DNA from: Macrostomum lignano
Taxonomy: Eukaryota
Assembly (NCBI GenBank): GCA_002269645.1
Contig: NIVC01001126.1
Location: 248,001-312,000, forward strand
Direction of reading: 5' to 3'
DNA: 64,000 bases
Below are positions 47,999-60,355 of the stretch, one piece after another. A program made the translations under genes and the position numbers. Numbering within the stretch: position 1 is the stretch's first letter; each line of letters opens with the position of its first letter. The notes under the pieces were generated by a model. It worked only from the letters and a program-made list of their open reading frames with translations. It ran no database searches and was not told where the DNA came from.

Positions 47999-50900
47999 GA
48001 CGAACCAAGCGAAAAGCTAGGCCAAGATTTAGAGCAGCTGAAGCTGCTAGAAGAATGCCAGTTCGAATCAGAGGAGCCAGAGTCAATGCGCATATCGCCA
48101 TTGGCTAGTGTGGCGCTCTCTGCCAAACTGATGCCACTTTTCCAAGATCGGGTTGATGGCGAATTCTACGTGTTTGATGGCGACTCTTTACTGATGGAGG
48201 CTGCGTCCACAGTGGGGTGGCAATATGGCCAGCAGTTGCATTTGTTCTATCTGGCCGAATCCATTCTGAAACTGCTCAAAGATCACGGCGGTGACTGTCA
48301 AGTTGTTTACTTTAATAGTTTTCGCAATGATCCACTGATGGATCTGTTTAGGCGCGCTATGCAGTTACACCTTGCCGTCAACTGTTCAGTGCCTGTGCAC
48401 ACCGACTTGGCCAAGTCTTGCTTCGACCCAGCCTGGCTTCACTATTTGAAGGAGGAGAAGCCTCTGTTCTTTATGCTTCACGACGGTGTTGGCTATGGCG
48501 AATCTGCCGAACAGCGGCACGTGAATTTGGCTTTGTCTAGCCTGGCTCGCAGGGTGCCAGTTGCTTATGTTAGCAGTCTGCAGCAGAATGACATGAAGCT
48601 GCAAGCATCCTATGTACAGTGGATGCCACTGTATGGCAGACTATTTCAAAAGCTATCATGTACAGATCGATCGGCAATGGTCCCTGAAACTGATGATCAT
48701 GTTGAAGCTTTAAAGACTGAGGCCGAGTTAATTGGTATGTTTTTAAATCTCTTTATTAGTTGATTAAGTCATACATGCGCAACCCCCCTGATTTACACTG
48801 GCCATGCGACTAACTTTTTGACCAAAAATGCGACTTACCTGTGAAAGAAACCCTAAAGAAAAAATTAACGAAATGTTGGGTAAACGGCAAGAGTCACTAT
48901 GACTGTCTTACTAATGCTAAATGCCTCGTCATCTAATTAGTACTACGCCTGTATGTTTTTGGGTGGGTATTTTTACCAGGTCGGCCAGCAGTTGCGCATG
49001 TATGGATTAAGTGTTTATAAGCTTGTTTATTTGAACTGCTGAGCTAATAACTTTATGATTTTTGTTTCTGTTCAGAACCAGGCAGCCGCCTTAAAGACCA
49101 CCTCGCTGTTAGAGTTGCTCTCCGAGCTCTAGTTAAAGATACTAACATCGAAAGCAACGACGAAGTTATTGAAAAAGTGAGCCGCTGGTGCCTGTATTTT
49201 GCCTGCATGTCCACCATGACGCTGGACGACCGGCTTCAGCTTGTTGCTGCTACTAAAAGCGCCAATCAAGCCGCTGCTGCAGGCGACAAGATAGAGGAGC
49301 AAAATTTGCTCTCTTCTTTGCATGAATTGGCCAAGCACCTGCGGCTCGAACTGCTGCCAATGAAGGGTCTCAACGAGTTCGCCGATCCAGAGTCTGTCGC
49401 CGATCTTATCGACATTTTTGTCTATCGTCGATTTGGTCAAGCCTGGATTAACCAACTGCCCGGTTGGCATCCGCGAGCGCGTGAAATTTTGGCTAAGTAA
49501 GTTCAGGCTTCAGTTTTCCGTTTAATTATGCTACAGTTTTTTTGTAATTTTTTAGTACACCTGCCTAAATGAGCAGGTGTGCTTCCTGCTCAGCCGCAGC
49601 TATTGCGCGGCGCATCTGAAGGCTGCGTACGGCCGTTCAGTCCAAGGACTGGGGGGGGGGGTCGCCATACAGCCTCAATAACCCCAGCTAATGCTGGCAC
49701 CCATTTTACAGCTGGGTGAACTGAAGCAATGCAGAGTTAAGTGTCTTGCTCAATCAAGGACACAAATTGTTCCGAGTAAGTCGGACGATAGTGTACGGCC
49801 AATATTAAAACGGTTTCTTAGGCTTCCCGGCTGAGTTTTTAACTTTTGTGACCAGCACAGAGAGAGGAGGAGGTCACGGACACGGAGTATTAACTTGGTG
49901 GATTTTTTTATTTATCCACCAATCGCTGCATATTTCTACGACAGCTTTCGGCAAAACTATTTCAGCCTAGGGACTGACAGAACTGACCTCTGTAGCTAGC
50001 CACGCTATGTCAGCCTAGGACCAGCAAATTCAGCTATGGTCCAACCATACTCCGTAGACACGTGTCTCGAAAAAAAACCAGCTAACAAGTGGTGGTTGGT
50101 TGAGATTGGATGGCCCTATGCTGAGATAGCTAGGCAATGGGGGTTGTCTGGAAGCGAGAAGACATGGTAATGGCCATAGACACGAGCGGCGATAGCGGGG
50201 GTGTGGGAGTGAAGCCCCCACTTACAACCATAGACTATTTTATCTTACGCTCATAGACTGGTTCGTTTTCTAAAATGATATCCCGGTAAATTGCTTTATT
50301 GTCAATTTCAAACGAATGACCGGTCATTGCTTGAATGTCGTTGCCTTAACGTAAATTACCAGTACCATAGACATTTTGAACAATGGCTATGTTTTAACCG
50401 TGACTATAAAAATAACAGGACGGTAAATAGCTCGAGTCTGTAAATTCTGATTTTTAGTGATGCTACATTAATTAAAATTTTTTTTATAACGGCGTTCGCT
50501 TTCTTTCAGATACGAAAGCTACGCCTCTAAAATTTGTACCGAGCTGCAAAAGCTGAACAGTGCCGATCAATCGGATGCCTCGCCTCTATTGTCGCTGTCA
50601 ATCTCTGAGCAGGCGCTCCCACATGAGCCTGTCATTGAGCAGGCGGCTGAAATGGCGCCGCTTCAGCGTATCGACAATCGTCTGTTGAAAGAGTTTGCCG
50701 GCGAAATTCTTGACAAACTTGGCTCGTCTGGTTGCATATCGTTAACTAACGAGCCTGGACAGAACTCGTCGATGCTATTCGACGAGCGCTGTCATTGGCA
50801 CGTTAATCGGGAGCTTCGCGACGATTTAGAAGAGCAAGGCGAGCCTGAGCTGTCTTCTAATCCTATTCTAAGGCAGAGACAGCTGAAGAGTATTCAGAAG

Positions 50901-53900
50901 TACAAGAATTACATCAGCATGTACGGCGAGTCGCTGCATGGCGAGACTAGCGAGACTATCGTACTGTCAACCGGTTCTGACGGCGCGTCCGCTGCATCTG
51001 CCGGTGCTAACGAGAAGCCGAAATCTGCTAACCAGCAAAAGCAGAAGCATCAGAAGCAGCCAAAAGGCAAGTCAAAGCCAGTTTCTAAGGCTGATGCCAT
51101 CAAAGAAGAGAATTTGCGCGCCAAAGCCGACAAAGATACGAAGAAGCTAAAGGAGCAGTGGAAAAATCTGTTGCCGGGCGTTAAAAAATTGGAACCGGCT
51201 CAGGCTATCGCTGAGGCCACGCGTATGGCGGAGTCCTGCACAGTGCAGGATCGAATTTTCGAGGAGCCGGTACTTTTCGTAATGCGAGAGCAGTACAAGT
51301 TGTGGAAGACCAGCTGTGCTAGTAGTGGAGGCAGCGGTAAGTCTTTCAGCGCCTTGGCAGATCTAGTGCGGACCCTGCACAAGTACACAACCGAGCCGTT
51401 GGTTAGCATGATTAGTTCTGAATTGCGCGTCAAGATTGCCGAATTATTTATCATGGTTGGATTTAAAGAGGCTGCCGCTGTCTCTAGTGTAGACGCGGAG
51501 CGCTTAAAACATGTGCAAGTTGAAAAAGAATGCGTCTGTCCACTGAATTATCGCGACTTTCAAATGCAGCACATGGGCCACCTGATGCAGAGAAATGTTC
51601 GATTCGATCCAGATCCCAGGGTGAAGGGATTCATTCCCGACACCTGGCAGAGAGAACTGCTAGATGTGGTTGACAGGCGCGAGTCTGCCGTTATTGTTGC
51701 TCCAACATCGTCTGGAAAAACATTCTGCTCTTACTACTGCATGAAAAAGGTTCTGGAGATGAGCGACGAGGCTGTCGCTGTTTACGTAGCGCCAACCAAA
51801 GCTTTAGTGAATCAGGTTCAGGCTTCCATTAGTGCCAGGTTTTCTAAGCCAAACCTGACTCCCGGCATGGAGCTATGCGGAGTATTCACTCGAGACTATA
51901 ATCACAAAGCCACTAGCTGTCAGATTTTGGTGACAGTGCCGCAGTGCCTTGAACTGCTGTTGCTGAGTCCCAGGCGTCAAGGCTGGGCTAGCCGTATTCG
52001 CTATGTGATCTTTGACGAAGTTCACTGCATCGGCACCGGGATCGGGGGCGTTGTCTGGGAATATCTGCTCTGCCTAATCCGGTGTCCGTTTCTTGCCCTG
52101 TCGGCAACTATCTCTAACAAAGACTATTTTCACGACTGGCTGCAGACCATCAAGCAGTTTGTGCAGGTTCAAGACTCGACTCTTCTGAAGCAATCTCAGC
52201 CGATGCAGCCTAAGAAGCAACAGCGACAGAAAGGTGCCGCTCCTGCTGCTGTAGAAGGTTACAAAGTGAATCTGGTGACCTACTCTGAGCGCTATTCAGA
52301 CATTCGCACTTCCGTTTATCTGCCCAAGAGTGAATTTATTGCTGAAGTTAATCCGTGCGCTTTTCTTAGCGACAAACTATTGCGAATCAACGGATTCCCA
52401 AGGAATTTGAAGCTGTCACCGAAGGAATCTACCGAGGTTTGGTCAGCCGCTTTGCAGTGCTTCACGGACGATCCAGCTGCAGCTAAGGCTCTGCAGAAAT
52501 TTAAACCGCAATCGTTTTTTGGCACTGAGCCAATTACTAGGTAATAATTAATGACCAATCATTTTTTAATGTCTTTAGCCTACCAGTTAAAGCAGGGGTC
52601 AGCAAACCCCGGCCCGCCAAGCCTTTCTATCCGGCCCGCTCAAGGTTTGCGTCTCTTCTTAGCTTTCTTCTCCCTTCTCTTCTCCCTTCTCTTCTCCCTT
52701 CTCTCCCTTCTCTTCTCCCTTCTCTCCCTTCTCTTCCTTCTCCCTTCTCTCCCTTCTCCCTTCTCTCCCTTCTCCCTTCTCTCCCCTCTCCCTTCTCTCC
52801 CCTCTATCATCTCCCTTTTCTCTCCTCTCTCTCATCTCTCTTCTCTTTATTCTCTTCTCTCATTTCTCTCTCCCTTCTTTTCTCTCTACCCTCTCTTCTC
52901 TCCTCTTCCCTCTCTCCTCTCTGGTCTCCCTTCTTTCCCTTCTATCCTCTCTCCTGTCTACTCCTCTATTTCCTCTTCTATTTCTCTTCCTCTGCCTCAC
53001 AGTCATGCGCCGGATTCTTCATCTGGCCCTTGAGGTAAAAAGTTTGCCAACCCCTGAGTAAGACTCTGAAAAGACAAAAGCATACTTGAGCAACACGAGG
53101 CGATTGGATATTTTCCGTGACAATAGCCAAAATAGCTATTTAAACTCTCATTCTCTCAAATTAAATCTCAGAAGAAAAAAAGAACTAATATTTTTTTAGG
53201 TGCTTCCGATATTTTATAATGACCTCGTGTTGCACCTGTAAGGTTTTGGCCCTAAAATTGTGAAACACTTCCCACCCACCGCTTCAATTTAAAAAAACGC
53301 AGAACGCAATTTCGGGAACTGGAAGTCGGCCTGAAATCGACTGTGTCTGAGCTGCTTCGCCAGAGTCCACATGCCAAGTCTACCCAGCTGCTAACTACAA
53401 TTCAGTCAATTGAGGAGCAGCAGAATGTGACTCAACAGTTTGAGTTCCTATCCGACGTTGATCTTATTGAAAAATTTCCCGATCTAATCGATCGGCTGCG
53501 TTCCGAGGGTCGCTTGCCAGCTTTGGTGTTTATGAACGATCGTAAAGGCATTGAAAACCTTGCCGCGTCGCTTGTCGATCGAGCCAATGATCGGATTAAG
53601 CAAGCCGTTAATCCTAATCTGCTAGAGCGCATGGAGAAAGCTCGCGAAGCGATGGCCATCGCCGCCAAGCGCAATCGCGACAAAGAGGATTCGGACGATG
53701 AGAATCCAGCCGAGATCGAATTGGAGTCCTACTACAGAGATCGGCTGGAACTGCGCAGCAAAATTCAGGCCTGCGCTTATTTTAAACCGCAGGCTGTGCA
53801 AGAATCTTTTCTCAACAAAGTGCTGGAGAAGCTGCTTGATGAAGATGTGAAGCATATGCTGGAATTGGGCGTCTGCTATCATCATGCCGGTTGTTCTTCG

Positions 53901-56782
53901 AAGCACCGACAAGCTGTTGAGATGCTGTTCCGTAGCGGTCATTTGCAGGTTAGTTTGGGTTGTTTGCTTCTGTTGTTCAGCTTTGAGTAGCTGCTTTGTT
54001 CCCCTCACCCCACCGGCCCACCTTGTAAGCCGTTATGGAAATCAATCATTTTGCATCAGGTCGCTGAAATATAGTGCCTGCGGCGTTAAAGTGAGTGCCT
54101 GCGGCGTTAAAGTGAGTGCCTGCGGCGTTAAAGTGAGTGCCTGCGGCGTTAAAGTGAGTGCCTGCGGCGTTAAAGTGAGTGCCTGCGGCGTTAAAGTGAG
54201 TGCCTGCGGCGTTAAAGTGAGTGCCTGCGGCGTTAAAGTGAGTGCCTGCGGCGTTAAAGTGAGTGCCTGCGGCGTTAAAGTGAGTGCCTGCGGCGTTAAA
54301 GTGAGTGCCTGCGGCGTTAAAGTGAGTGCCTGCGGCGTTAAAGTGAGTGCCTGCGGCGTTAAAGTGAGTGCCTGCGGCGTTAAAGTGAGTGCTTGCGGAG
54401 CTAAAATGAGTGCACTGCGGCGCCAAAATGAGTGCCTGCGGCGCCAAAATGAGTGCCTGCGGCGCTAAAATGAGTGCTTGCGGAGCTAAAATGAGTGCAC
54501 TGCGGCGCCAAAATGAGTGCCTGCGGAGCTAAAATGAGTGCACTGCGGCGCCAAAATGAGTGCTTGCGGAGCTAAAATGAGTGCACTGCGGCGCCAAAAT
54601 GAGTGCCTGCGGCGCCAAAATGAGTGCCTGCGGCGCTAAAATGAGTGCCTGCGGCGATAATGTGAGTGCCTGCGGCGCTAAAATGAGTGCACTGCGGCGC
54701 CAAAATGAGTGCTTGCGGAGCTAAAATGAGTGCACTGCGGCGCCAAAATGAGTGCTTGCGGAGCTAAAATGAGTGCACTGCGGCGCCAAAATGAGTGCCT
54801 GCGGCGCCAAAATGAGTGCCTGCGGCGCTAAAATGAGTGCTTGCGGAGCTAAAATAAGTGCACTGCGGCGCCAAAATGAGTGCCTGCGGCGCCAAAATGA
54901 GTGCCTGCGGCGCTAAAATGAGTGCTTGCGGAGCTAAAATGAGTGCACTGCGGCGCCAAAATGAGTGCCTGCGGCGCCAAAATGAGTGCCTGCGGCGCCA
55001 AAATGAGTGCCTGCGGCGCTAAAATGAGTGCTTGCGGAGCTAAAATGAGTGCACTGCGGCGCCAAAATGAGTGCCTGCGGCGCCAAAACGAGTGCCTGCG
55101 GCGATAATGTGAGTGCCTGCGGCGCTAAAATGAGTGCCTGCGGCGCCAAAACGAGTGCCTGCGGCGATAATGTGAGTGCCTGCGGCGCTAAAATGAGTGC
55201 CTGCGGCGCTAAAGTGAGTGCCTGCGGCGCTAAAATGAGTGCCTGCGGAGCTAAAATGTGTGCCTGCGGAGCTAAAATGAGTGCCTGCGGCGCTAAAATG
55301 AGTGTATTTGGCGCCAAAATGAGCGCCTGCTTGCGGCGCCAAAACGAGTGCCTGTCTAGGGCGCCAAAACAAGTGCCTGTGACACTAAAACGAGTGCCTG
55401 TGATAGTAAAATGAGTGCCTGCGGTGCAAAAATGTGCGCCTGTGGCGCGAAAATGAGCGCTAACAATACCGATTCCCAAAATAATTTGCATGTAGGAATT
55501 TAGTCATGTACATGTAGAATTCTTGGCTTTATCCCCTCTTCCCACTATAAAATCCCATAGTGTTTTACTTTGGAATCTCTCTCGCGCCCCGTGCAGGTGG
55601 TCACAGCAACTGCCACCCTGGCTCTGGGCGTTCACATGCCCTGCAAAACTGTCGTATTCGCTGGCGATGACAAGTTTCTGGACGCGCTCAACTATCACCA
55701 GATGGCCGGTCGGTCCGGCCGGCGTGGCTTCGACAACATCGGCAACATTGTGTTCTACGGCGTGCCCGCCTCTAAGATTGCTCACCTGATCCAAGCCGAC
55801 CTGCCCGAACTCAAGGGCGGCTTTCCGCTCACCTGCGCTTTCGTTCTCAGACTGTTGCTTCTGACTGGGAATGCCACTGATCCGGAGGTGGCCCACGCTA
55901 AAGCTGCTACGGTTTTGGAGCACCCGTTTGCTGCGCACCAGAAGCCGGATATGATGCAGCAATTGCGATTGTTCTTCCTGTTCAGTGCGGAGTTTCTGCA
56001 CAGGCAGGATCTTATTAATGAGTTGGGCGCTCCTCTGGTGAGTCTCATTGAGTAACAATTTGGCACCGTGTGTTTTTCCCAAGCTGGATGCCATTTAGTC
56101 TAAGAGTCCTTTCACAGTCGTTGCAGGTAACACAGGTAAAATAGTGAAAGAAGTGACTCTCTAGACGACTATAAAACGACGAGAGTCAATTTGAGGCGTT
56201 TTATTGCCCGCGACTCTGAAACTAACAACTGTGTACATTTAGTCTACTTGTGTTAGTAGAAAGTTAAGCTTTAACAACGACTTTTTTTGCGACTCCTTGT
56301 TTTACGATTCTCTGCAACTCACGTGACTCGCTCTCGGCCATTCTTCAGGACCTGGCCGGCTTAGTATGCCACATGGGCTACCAGCAGCCTGGCAACTTCG
56401 TGCTCACCTATCTGCTTCGATCTCCCGCTCTGCGCCAGCTGTGCGAGCCGGCCAGCAAACAGCTGCCGTCAATTCACTACGGATTCTATTGCGAGGGCTG
56501 TCAGACTGGCGAACCGATAGTTGGTCAGCGATTCAAGTGCACCAAGTGCTGGTCTGACTACAGCCTGTGCTCCAACTGCTACTCCGGCCGGCCCAATCAC
56601 AGCCGGGGCCGGCAGCAGCACACGGCCGCCGATTTTGAGCGTCAATTGCCGCCGTTGCGAGTGCAATTCTCCGACGAGACGTTGAGAAAATTGGTTCGAA
56701 TCCTGTGCCACCTGTTCACTAAGATGGAGCTGGCCCGGTCTCTGGTTAAAAGGACGGCTGATGGAGCTCTGCATTATTTAAG
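47999..56782 (+). CDS. DDX60: DDX60-like Ski2-family DExD/H RNA helicase with an inserted ZZ zinc finger; 3' end not found in the window
   Basis: Exons 47999-48734 (first ATG 48086), 49076-49496, 50510-52540, 53303-53948, 55597-56037 and 56349-56782, all GT-AG and in phase. N-terminal DDX60 motifs: FDGDSLL, GQQLHLFYLAE. Also RFDPDPRVKGFIPDTWQRELLD, motif I APTSSGKT, DEVH, SAT, ATLALGVHMPCKTVVF, QMAGRSGRRGFD. Exon 6 ends at a GTAATA donor with no terminal exon before the transposon. Confidence 0.92.
48770..49004. mobile_element. MITE of the CATACATGCGCAAC-TIR family in DDX60 intron 1
   Basis: Perfect 14-bp TIRs; perfect TSD GATTAAGT at 48762-48769 and 49005-49012. Confidence 0.92.
49690..49770 (+). 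mobile_element. SINE/L2-type retroposon fragment (MIR/CORE-like block) in DDX60 intron 2
   Basis: GGCACCCATTTTACAGCTGGGTGAACTGAAGCAATGCAGAGTTAAGTGTCTTGCTCAA..AGGACACA resembles the conserved block shared by MIR/L2-related elements (recalled from memory). Confidence 0.5.
52593..53056. mobile_element. hAT (Charlie-like) MITE with an internal CT-rich tract in DDX60 intron 3
   Basis: TIR CAGGGGTCAGCAAAC / GTTTGCCAACCCCTG, with GGCCCG subterminal motifs. The interior (about 52660-53000) is CT-rich. Flanks AGTTAAAG and AGTAAGAC match only partly. Confidence 0.8.
54072..55440. repeat. 21-bp minisatellite (GAGTGCCTGCGGCGTTAAAGT / GAGTGCCTGCGGCGCTAAAAT)n in DDX60 intron 4
   Basis: About 65 copies; source of the periodic SACGVKV / AAGTHFN ORFs. 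Confidence 0.96.
56475..56636 (+). other. ZZ-type zinc finger domain within DDX60 exon 6
   Basis: HYGFYCEGCQTGEPIVGQRFKCTKCWSDYSLCSNCYSGRPNHSRGRQQHTAADF fits the ZZ consensus C-x2-C...PIxGxRxKC-x2-C..DY.LC-x2-C...H...H.F. Confidence 0.88.
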
Positions 56783-57730
56783 GTAATAAAATACCTGCCG
56801 TTTTTCCGCTAGAATCATTGATGCCGATTGGTAAACCTCTGACAAAATACGTTTATCTTTGCTGATATGCTTTTACCCTACTAGTAGTAGTTCATGCTTG
56901 GAAAATGTTTGCGACGGGGATAGACAAAGAGTTTCTCTACAAATATAGAGCAGTTAAGACGCAGAGTGTACATTCCTCAGGGGTATAGTTTTGTCTCGCA
57001 TAGAAACGCCTAACCGCAGTACCCCTGTGACACTTGTCTCTGCCTGGCTGAAAGCTTGTACTGAGTTAGTAGGCTGGGTTGGAGGGTACCCGCCAAACTT
57101 AATTCGTCCGATTTTTTGCTTTTAGCACCGGTATCTTGATCCGGTTTATTGTCCGGAATCGGCCCATATCCACAGTGTAAAGAAACCGGAACAGAGCCGG
57201 ACAAAAAGTTACGTTTCAGGACCAGGCGTTCAGATTTTATCGCCTTTGCCCTGTTTTATGTCCGGTGATTATTCCGAAGTTTGTTCCGGTGCCTGATCCG
57301 GTCAAAGAGAGCCGGATGTTGCGCCGGTTTTGTTCCGGTGCCTGATCCGGTCAAAGAGAGCCGGATGTTGCGCCGGTTGCTGGACCGTGGCATTGACCGA
57401 TCCAAATGGGATCGAGACCGGACCGAAAGCCGGACCGGCCCGGTTTAATCTTGAACCGTTCTCTCCGGAGCAGGAGGCAGTCTTCCACGCGAATAGAAAA
57501 TGAAAAGAAAATTGAAGAGTTTAAACTGAAGTACTTTTTTTTCAATCCAGGCATTTGTCAACCTTTCCATTTCCATGGCAATTTATTTTTACTTCCGAAA
57601 CATCGAAAGCACCGAACATCGCAAATCACACATGGTCCCTTACAAATGCGTCGCTTCCCTTCTGGCGCTCACAAATGAGTCATAAAGGTGATAAAGGTGA
57701 TAAAGGACGTTCAATTGGCCGAACCAACCG

Positions 57731-59644
57731 TCAAACCGCAAGCTTCAGCAAGTCAACGAGGCTACCGGCCGACTGCAAATCGTCCATGCTCGTGACGAGG
57801 TTAGCCGTCGTCACTGAAGCCGCCAACGTATCCGTAGCCGCAGTCGTAGTCGCAGGCGAAGGGTAAATGAGAACCGGATGGTTCTCATCAGGCTCCTCCA
57901 TGACGACAACGATGGCATGGGAGTCTGTCGTCGAGGAGGCCTTCTTCGGCCTCTTGGTAGCGCTTGGCCTCGGGCCGCTCGATCCGGGCCTCGGGCCGGT
58001 GATACGGCGGCACTTCAGTTTCGGCAGACCCTGGCGAACGCGTGCCGTCTCGCGGCAACGCGAGAAAGCGCGTTGTAGTTGGCGCTTAGTGGCGATGACG
58101 CCAACGTTCTGCAGCCACTGCTTAGCGATAAGCAGTTTGGCTGGGTTAGCGGCAGCAGTCAGCCGGTCCCCCAGCTTTCGGCCCGAGAAATTTGCGCCTG
58201 AAAACTCCGTCTCAGAGAACAGTGCCCGCAAGAGACACCGCAACAGCGACGAATGTTCCGAACGCAGTATTGCGGCGTAGTCCGGACGCTCTTCGTCGAT
58301 GTCCACATGTGGCTGGCCAGCCTTTTCTTTGGCCTGCAAATATGTACGGAGATGAGCTTCCAGTATAGAACGGCTCCCGACCTTGACAAATATATTCGGT
58401 TGGCGGTCCGACAGTGCGACGCGCCCACCGCTATTACTAGCACCGGCCGAGTTTTCAGCGCTGCAGGCAGTCATTATCGCGTGGGTGTCGCTGGCAGACA
58501 AGGCAGCGTCAGCGACGAAGCGTTTGGCCGAGAAATCACTATCGTCCGCGCTATCACAGCTCATGCGTGTTTCGTCGTCGCTGTGACCAGCGACGTGTGT
58601 GCTAGTATCAGCATTGGTGGACAAATTGTCCGGGTCGGCAACAAGCATAGTGGACGCCCTGATCAGGAATGCGTTGCATGATTGCGCCCTGTTTTGCATC
58701 TGCCGAATGACGTTGTCCTTGCGACGAATCTCACGCTCAAGGCTGCTCTCGCGCAGCGCCAAATAGGAGGTTCGCTCCTTCGCGTCGTCCAGACGCCGGC
58801 GCAGCTCCACTTCGGCAGCCGACTTGTCTCGTATCTCGCCTCCTGTCAGTGGAGACAAAAGTTAATGTTACTCCGATCAATCATACATTCCCCAGAACAT
58901 TCAACACTTACTTAGTGTCTCCACTAAGATGTCCGCCTTGCGACTTTCCAGTAGCAGGCTTCGACAGGACGCGCAGCCTCGAGGTGGCTCTCTGGTCGGG
59001 GCGTGCACATTCGTGAGGCGACAAGAAGCCGTCGCTTCTTCACGACTTTCGAAGGGCCCACGGATGAGAGTGCCGATCCACCGACGGGCAGTTTTCCTAT
59101 TACTTTTGGCCACTTTAATGGCAACAACACTCCCAACAGAAACTGGGATGGGTCCGTCGCTGCGGCGCTGCACAATATTCTCCGTAGTGGAGACAACGTC
59201 CGTGCGTTCCCGGGATTCGTCATAGCGCATGATGAAGAAGCGCTCGGTAGGCTCTTGCTTGTACGGGAGCATATCGGATCCTTCTTTCGACGGGTTGCCA
59301 CCGTCCCGGTTGACTCGCCTGCCACGTGTGTCTCGATCGCCAGAATCAGTAGCTGAGCACCCCGCCTCATGGGCGAAGCAATCGTCTGCGTCTGCACCAT
59401 TGGGCGTCGGATTTGCGGTTGGCGGCTTAGGTATGGTCGTCTGGACAGCATCGATCACGGGTGTTAGCGTGTCACTGCCAGCTGGTAGATTACCATTCGC
59501 AGCTGGCTGATCGTCCTTCGGCTTCGCCTTCGCCTTCTTCAGAGATCTTGGAGCTTTAGACTTCGAAGCAGTACTAGCCGCAGCGGCGGGAGCTGCGGGA
59601 GCGGCAGCTTTTTTTCCGCTTGCGAAGCAGGTCGCCTTGCCCAT
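57731..59644 (-). CDS. Transposon accessory protein with coiled coil and BEN domain, 2 exons, about 614 aa
   Basis: Exon 58912-59644, then a 69-nt GTAAGT..CAG phase-1 intron (58843-58911), then exon 57731-58842. Coiled coil ELRRRLDDAKERTSYLALRESSLEREIRRKDNVIRQMQ. BEN-like segment SSLLRCLLRALFSETEFSGANFSGRK..ANPAKLLIAKQWL..LQRAFSRCRETAR. Confidence 0.75.
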
Positions 59645-60355
59645 TTAAAGACTGTAAGACATGGAGCAGGTTTTGAAATTAGGTAATTCCACGTAGAGAT
59701 GACAAAACTCACGAGTAAGAAAAGTGTGTTCGCCTGCTTCTACGAAGAGACATGCAAGATGTACAGTATGTGCCTAGGCGTGTAGAAACTCGAAACTAGA
59801 ACGAAAAAGGGAACTAGATTATGCAACATCTATAGTATGCAAGAAACTATACTACAGTTAATAGAGTATGCAAGTTAAAGAACTTTCGAAAGAAGACAGC
59901 TGACAGATACCCAGCGCTACGCGTGGAGCTGCAGCTCAACAAAAGCAAATCGTTGTTTTTATTGGCATTTCGTCTGTAGCTCCCAGCTCTTCTCCAGATC
60001 CAGACTCCATCATGCAGTCAAAAAGGTGGTAACGAAGAATAACATTAAAAACATACCTCCCCTGTTTACTCCCATGCAGAATTACATGGATGCTGCCACA
60101 AGAAAATTAAGTAGGTATATGTGCACATGTGTAGTTCGCTTAAGAATCAAACAACAACAATCAAACAATAGAGCAAGTTTTTTCTATTGCGCAAATCGAA
60201 ATTACCGTGTCAATGCCTACACTGAGTAACATACTAACGTCCCTCACTAACTAACTCACTCACTAACCTGGAGTCAGTCACGCCTTCGAGAGGATCAAAA
60301 AGTCGGGATCTAAAAAAGTGTGGCTTTTAGTATGCTGCCCAGTATATCAGTCCAA

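Noticed and set aside
53884-55491. SACGVKV / AAGTHF repeat ORFs
   Set aside because: They come from the 21-bp minisatellite within DDX60 intron 4, between well-supported exons.
56979-57028. CAGGGGTA...TACCCCTG mini inverted repeat as the CACTA terminus or a micro-MITE
   Set aside because: It has only an 8-bp stem and no TSD, which is compatible with chance.
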